From NCBI GenBank assembly GCA_964106915.2, contig OZ066914.1: 64,000 bases of DNA, one strand, 5' to 3'. Below are positions 57,327 to 64,000 of the stretch, piece by piece. Made by a program: the position numbers and the translations under genes. The first letter of the stretch is position 1. Each line of letters starts with the position of its first letter. Source of the DNA: Podarcis gaigeae. Its lineage: Eukaryota. The notes beneath the pieces are model-generated. The model saw only the letters and a list, made by a program, of their open reading frames with translations, was not told where the DNA came from and made no database searches.

Positions 57327-60099
57327 CCATAAGTAGCCTAATTTAATTCAGTAGCCCATCAACATTCAGAAGCAGGCAATGTGAGTATAAGCAGGGGTTG
57401 ACTGACATTTTGTGCATGCAATAATATTGTCCGCTGAACGTATCTTTTAGTGGGAAGTGCAAAGGCCGGGCTACCTTGACCCTTCCAAAATTAATGGGGA
57501 AACAATGCAAAACAAAATCGGTTATTATATGAAAGGGTTTATTCTGTGATTTACGAACAGCAAACTGCCAAGGAATGTAAAGACCATGGTGGATCTCATA
57601 CCCATATTTTACGCTAATGAAAATGGAACCAGTAGAGAGTGTAGTCGGTTTGGGTACTCTGAGATATTAAAACATTTGGAATAGATTTGCTCTGTGGAAA
57701 AGTTTGCTCTCTCCCTTATTGCACATTGCACAAATTAAAAGTGGAATGAATGGTTTCCATTCATTACCAAACAAAATGTTTGATGGCTTCTGGTGGCGAA
57801 TGCGCAAGCCAATCTCTTTTCTGTCCAGTCAACTGTTTCACCCCCTTTCCTAGGCATCCTTTTGTCATTTCAAAATGCCCATGCAGAGCAAGTCAAGCCG
57901 TTTTTGAAAAAATAAATAATAATAAAAGAAAACCCTGGCCAAATGGAATGCCGAGATTAGGTTTGATCTAACTCAACCTTTTCAAATTACTACACTAATT
58001 TTCGACATATGAATTTAACTGTGTGTTTGCCCCTCTATAAACAGGACGAATAAACACTATATCATTTTTACACTTGAACTGTATTATGACTTTAATGCAG
58101 GCTTAGGTGAGATGAGGTCAGAGGATACAATTAAATGGATCTGGTACCATCTGGATATTAGGGTCTCTTTAACCATGCTTGGGTGATTTATCCATCAGCA
58201 ACTCATGTACTGCTCCATAAAAATTGATATCTTGTGGTTTTTTTTATAAAGGTATTAAAATACAGTGTACTTTTAAAATTAAAGGCTAAAATATTGCAGG
58301 GTTGCCAGCAGGTAGTTTTATTCCTTCTTCAGTGAAACAGAAATTCCCTAATGTAAGACTTCAACAGCTACAGGACATGTAGTTGTGGAAAGAGATATAG
58401 AAAGAGAAACACATGCTCTTTTAAAGGCAGGCCTATCGCAGCAAAAACTTCCAGATCACGTTAGAATCTCTGTGCGAAAATAGTTTAATATGATTAGCAC
58501 CCTTGTTAAAGGGCTATATATCTGTTACACCTCTTAGCACAATTAGATTCCTCCATGCAGAGCTCTTAAGGAAATGTCACACAAACCCCTTTTATAAGAA
58601 AAGAACACAAAGCCGTGAGGGTTGCTCCACAATTTTATTATTATTATTATTACAAGTTTGCAACTAATAGTGTATGGCATTATCCTGAACATATTCTGTA
58701 ATCTAACTAAATTGATGCAGAATCAAATATTTCAGCTGTCAAGGGTAAAGGCAAATGAATAGGAGGGGTGTGGAAAACACAGGGGGAAAATAATTCATCA
58801 ATATGCCTACCCACCCACTAAAAGCAAAAAAAGCAAAATTAAACAACTGGAACTGCGTTTTTTGTGTTGTTTTTTTTTAAAAAAGTAACACTTGATTACA
58901 CATTTCCCAAATAAATAAAAAAAGACATAGAAATAGCCAACAAAAAGTCAACAATACTTCTGGACAGTAATTTATATAGTTTAGTAATTTGGCTGTCAAT
59001 AGGATACAAATAGCACTAATATATTACTATAATGCTTCATTTTCATTAAGACATCTGCCAAGTTCTCAAAACCCCTTTTCCATTTGGGACTTGACTTATA
59101 ATTGCATAATCCCTTGGGGGAATGTCAATATTATTTTAATCAATTTTAACCACAATACACTATGGATGATTACATTGCAATGTCATTTCCAAAGTTACCT
59201 CGTCCTATTAGTCATTTGCAAAAGGAAGAGAACACTATGAATGTTGGTAAAGCGTGTTTCAGAAAGGAAACCAACTGCAGCTGGCTTCTGTTTCATTCTG
59301 AACTGTCATGGGAAAATATAGATATATTATGTATTCGCCCTCCCATCAATGGTCAAAATAATTTATTTTTAAAAGTGGCTCTTCTTGTTCTGCACTTTCA
59401 CAGTCTTTACCTGCACACAATGATTTCACAGTCCAGGCCAGCAGTCACATGCATTCACAGATTGATCATATGTGTTACTGTGGTGAGTTGTGAGTTTTTG
59501 AATGTATGGCAAAGTGACCATCTGCTTGGTTCACCAGGAATGACGACTACAGTTGACGACGAATCCCAAAAGTGGGATGAGGTACTATTAAATGGATGTG
59601 TGGAAGAAACAATCAGATACACCCCCTTTGACTCAAATTCAATGGTCACCATATGCATGGAAGTCTGCATTTCACCACATTAAACAAGACATATGAAATA
59701 TATTTAGAAGGTTATAGTAGTACCATATGAGCCACTTTTCTGAGGGTGCGTCCAATAGAACTTGTAAAGGCCTTCAGTAACATCAGTGGGGACAATTACT
59801 TGTGCCCTAACAATAAAAGCATCACCCCCCCCCAAAAAAATCTCAGCCAAACAATATTTTCGTGTTAAAGAACCACACAACAGGCCCTGTAGATGTGGTT
59901 GCCTCAAAACAATACAGGATTACTGTTGGGTGAACCCACATACAATTGAACCCCATATCGTGGCTGTATTTTTGAAAAAAGGATGTGTACTGGTCCTGTA
60001 TTCTAGTCAGAGGTGCTATTAAGTGCTTCGATGTTGGTGATGAATATTACTGAGAAGATTTAACATCACCTGTGGTGCACGGAAAGAGTACTATCTAAA

Positions 60100-60248
60100 C
60101 AGGGCCAGCTCACCTGCCAGGCAGTGTGAGGTGAAGATCTACCTCAGAAACAAGGGGGAATAAAGATCTACCTCAGGATCCACTGCCCCTGTGGATCCTG
60201 CTACCCAAGGCAGTCGCCTCATGTTGCCTCATGGGTAGGCTGGCCCTG
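60100..60248. mobile_element. hAT Tip100-like MITE
   Basis: Perfect 10-bp TIR CAGGGCCAGC / GCTGGCCCTG and internal repeat AAGATCTACCTCAG x2. No TSD visible. Confidence 0.65.
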
Positions 60249-61659
60249 GCAGTCAGCGCTGAGCCATAGGCTGCTGGGAGAAATATCTGAGCCAAAGGCT
60301 TGAGCCAGGAAGATCTTGTTGTTTGGACAAAGCTCCATCCAAAACAGGAAGTCTTTCTAGCCCTTCCAGTCCAAGAGGCTCAAAAGCTAGTCTTGCTGGG
60401 TAGGGCCAGTCCAGAACTTGAGAGGACTTCACTACCAAGAAGAACCTCAAAGCTGCAGTTCTGATCATTCACCATACAGAGCGGGGGCTTATGGAAGTGA
60501 ATGCTCCTGGTTCTAACCATTGCAATCTAACAGGCATGAGATATCAGGGCATAATTATAAGACAGCAGGTTGTCAGGCTTTGGCTAATTTAGTTTTAATA
60601 TTTGTGCCATTCAGATTTTCTTTCGTAGGCATCAAAATTTGGGGGCTGGCTCTGTATCTGAAAGCAGGATCTGGGAATTCATCCTTAATGTCCTGTTGCC
60701 GCTTATATCTGGAGCACTCCAACCATTGGCACTATTCTGGATTAAATTGTTTGAAAATGTTCTATTAAATTCTGACAATCCCACAGTTCATCGACTAGAG
60801 AGAGCGAACAGAGGGCTTGAGATTATCATAAGAAAGCAAAGATCAGAGCTTGAGGAAACGGATGTACACACCAAAAATAAGCAGTAAGATTTATTAATCA
60901 ATGAAAAATTAGGGATAGTGTTTGGTTATCCAAGGTACATATTTCCTGCACATATTTAACATAGCAGCTCTTACACAGTCCCAAACGCCTTTAGACACTG
61001 ACCTTGGCAATATTACAGGCGTAATATTTTCCCAGGGATGACTTCTTCCTGAACTGAGTCTCCAATATATTCTGAACAAACAAGCTTTCCTCACCAACAG
61101 GCATACAGTAGCTATCTTCTTTCTCCACCTGTTTTTTCTTGAATGAGCACATTTCTTGTGTATTTTAGGCCTTTCAAATGTGATGCGTTATGCACACACA
61201 ATTCTGTTAAAGAAACGATAAACCATTTGTTAATCATTGCGGGTGAGACAGGTGCATTTTCTTTACAAATTGCAGTGTAGAAGGAGTGCGGTGTTAGCAT
61301 GGAGGTAATTTAAAGCTGCATGCCTAATATGCTCAACATGCCTGGAATTATTATACGTTGTTTGTATTTTGTGCTGCAGAGACCAGGCTCTATGGGAAGG
61401 ATACAATCCTGATTTTCACCGGTGAGTGGCAAAACCCTTGAACGTCTCAGATGACGAAACTGGGCCACATCTTAAGGTACTTTAATATAGGGGCTAATGT
61501 GGATGTTAGGTTGGGATTACAAAGGCACATTTAGCTCGGTGCTGTTTCACAACTGCACCTTTCTCTCTTGAGCTCAGTTCAGTGGCCTCTGCACATTTGG
61601 GATTTAAATGGAATCTGGAGTAATTTGTGATCGATTGCCCATCCCAGAGAAATAAAGTA

Positions 61660-62126
61660 CAGTGGTACCTCGGGTTAAGTACTTAATTCGTTCCGGAGGT
61701 CCGTACTTAACCTGAAACTGTGTAGTGGTTAAGAGCGGTAGTCTCGTAATCTGGAGAACCAGGTTCTTGTCTCCGTTCCTCCACATGCAGCTGCTGGGTG
61801 ACCTTGGGCCAGTCACACTTCTGTGAAGTCTCTCAGCCCCACTCACCTCACAGAGTGCTTGTTGTGGGGGAGGAAGGGAAAGGAGATTGTTAGCCACTTT
61901 GAGACTCCTTAAAGGGAGTGAAAGGCGGGATATCAAATCCAAACTCTTCTTCTTCTTCTTCTTCTTAACCTGAAGCACCACATTAGTTAATGGGGCCTCC
62001 TGCTGCCGCCGCACTGCCGGAGCACAATTTCTGTTCTCATCCTGAAGCAAAGTTCTTAACCCGAGGTACTATTTCTCAGTTAGCGGAGTCTGTAACCTGA
62101 AGCGTATGTAACCCGAGGTACCACTG
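61660..62126. mobile_element. Tigger/pogo-type MITE interrupted by a SINE
   Basis: TIRs CAGTGGTACCTCGGGTTA / TAACCCGAGGTACCACTG with TA TSDs. Related to 41120-41360. Confidence 0.93.
61721..61966 (+). mobile_element. Squam3B-type SINE with (TTC)n tail, slightly 5'-truncated
   Basis: TGTAGTGGTTAAGAGCGGTAG...GATATCAAATCCAAACTCTTCTTCTT. Confidence 0.92.
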
Positions 62127-62244
62127 TATCTACATGCAAGTGTAAATTTGAATATAAAATGCCTATCTTCACTTCCAAACTGTTCCTTCATGGTCTAGCA
62201 CATGGGTGGATATCGTTTTTTTGTAGGTGAGGAAAAGGCAGGGA

Positions 62245-62360
62245 GAGTGATATCCAACTAAGTTTTACTCAGAGCTATTGAAATTAATGGACCAAACTTA
62301 GTCATGTTCATTAATTTCAATGGGTGTACTCTGAGTAAAACCTAGCTGAAACCCCACCCC
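62245..62360. mobile_element. Palindromic MITE (Harbinger/Chompy-like)
   Basis: GTTTTACTCAGAG..ATTGAAATTAATG / CATTAATTTCAAT...CTCTGAGTAAAAC inverted arms. Confidence 0.7.
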
Positions 62361-62955
62361 ACATTGCCATGCATAGCCAAGTGTGCATGAGACTAACTAT
62401 TGAGTTGTGACACAACCTGTGTTGAAAGAAATCATCAAGAGGACATGGTCCAATCTAGTTCCTGGTTTGCCAGCAGCCTCTTATGTCCATGAGCATGGGA
62501 AGGAATTTGCGCATGTGGCACTGTTTGTGCATAGAGTTCCTCCACACAAGCAGAAATCTTGATCCAATCATATGCATTGGTTTGTGCATGCAGCTCTTTC
62601 CCACATGCTCTGAACTCATGGATGTCAAGGGCAGTCCTTGCCCATGTGGCCTCACAGGCCCCTCCACACATCTTTTTTTTTTGCAACACATGGACAGGAG
62701 GCCGTGTGAACCACCCTCTCAGCTTCTGTTTGGTTCATACTAAGCTGTGGTTGATAACTGCCATAACCTCTGAATATTGGGTGCTGTGGGTCTTTCCCTT
62801 GCAGTGTAATCCTGGCTTCGTAGTTTGCATTACATACATACATCAGCTAGCTGGAGCCTTGCCATCCCTCTTGAACTGCCAGTGTTTCAGGTGGGTTGTC
62901 TACTTTTAAAACACAAAAAAGCAACACTATGTTTATTCATATGTGCATTCAGCTT

Positions 62956-62957
<2 letters not shown>

Positions 62958-62987
<30 letters not shown>
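62958..62987. repeat. (GT)n microsatellite
   Basis: Seen directly. Confidence 0.97.
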
Positions 62988-62991
<4 letters not shown>

Positions 62992-64000
62992 TTCTGTACA
63001 TAGAATTGCAAAACTGCTCCTGGTTTTAGGAAAATATGTTGGTGACATTGTAAGTACTAGTCAATGCTGTTGACTCAATAGATGCTCTCTTTCACCTCCC
63101 ACCAATAGCACCTTAGTGCAAACTGAATTTGCTGAAAACTCACAGAACTCATTTCCAAAGTGAGGGGATTTTCAAACGGCCCCATTGCTCTAAAAAAATG
63201 TCACACCCTTTCTCAACGCCCTCTGAATTCTGCTCTGTTCTTTCTACTTCACTCAATACCTGGAATACCCTACTGTAACACAGAATATGGAAAGCAAAAT
63301 TAGAACAGCACCTTTATTAAGATGCACATTTCCTAATAAATGTGTTGTTTTTAAAAGCAACATTATCCTGGGGTGATTGCTAGGGAATTAATGATGAAAG
63401 AGAACTATTGGCCTAAAGAGAAGCCAAGGGCTATCAGCTTTCCCAGCCCCACGAAATTTCTTAAACCTCGCGAGCTTAATTGAGACATCACTAAAAGGGT
63501 TAAAGAAATCCTGACAATTTTACTACATGAATCCTGTCAGTGAGATGCATTTGGAATTCCCGTTTAAAAGACATGTAATTGCTTCAGATTCTTTATATTA
63601 TCATAACTCTTCAAAATTGATTGGTTTTAGGTTTATGGAAAAATATGCAAATGTGCAGAGAAATATGACACACATTTCTCATCGTGGAAATAAAAGTAGT
63701 TTGCTGAGAATCCGTTTGATTGCATTTGATTACGGAACAAAAAGTAATTATTTAAGATACACGTCTTGAGGTTTCTGGAGGGGCATACTGTATGGGTGAA
63801 GTATTTGGTATACTTGATTTTTGTTTGCCCGCATTTGAACGGTTTATTCACATATATTTTGACAGGCCAAAATATTAGGTAAAGACTTATGCATAATTGT
63901 CATGAGGGCTGAGCCAAATGCTACCCAGTGAAGATTTTCAATGTCAAAAGGGTGTTCTCACTGAGTGGAGACGCTCTCTCCAAACATCCCTCAAAGTGTA

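Noticed and set aside
33598-57590. Partial matches to miRNA 5' ends (TGGAAGACTA ~33599, TGGCAGTGT ~34697, TAGCAGCAC ~50408, GGAATGTAAAGA ~57572)
   Set aside because: Matches stop after 9-12 nt and I saw no precursor hairpin.
59162-59683. 173-aa ORF in unique DNA
   Set aside because: No recognisable homology and no convincing splice or promoter context. A length like this can arise by chance in 64 kb across six frames.

Overview
This is vertebrate non-coding DNA, almost certainly from a lacertid lizard. The basis is the SINE complement, recognised from memory: Sauria/Squam1 SINEs with (ACCTTT)n tails, Squam3B-type CORE SINEs with (TTC)n tails, and Squam2-type SINEs. I recognise no host protein-coding exon, tRNA, rRNA or miRNA. 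The only ORFs with real protein signal are 3' remnants of L2, L1 and CR1 LINE ORF2, plus degraded reading frames inside two solo LTRs. Bases 1-6,100 are nearly repeat-free and hold a CpG-enriched promoter/enhancer-like block, strong splice signals and a CTCF-like site. The rest is intergenic or intronic: SINEs, truncated LINEs, many non-autonomous hAT and Tc1/mariner-pogo elements (several with readable TIRs and TSDs, several nested), and repeat-free motif-dense stretches that look like conserved enhancers. Four N gaps of 340-404 bp hide sequence. The most interesting leads are: two unrelated solo LTRs sharing a cryptic acidic/PPSP/Arg-rich reading frame; a hAT MITE resembling the horizontally transferred bat nhAT1 family; a very young CpG-intact hAT element; and a probable minus-strand promoter spanning gap 2. 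All family names are unverified recollections, as no search could be run.
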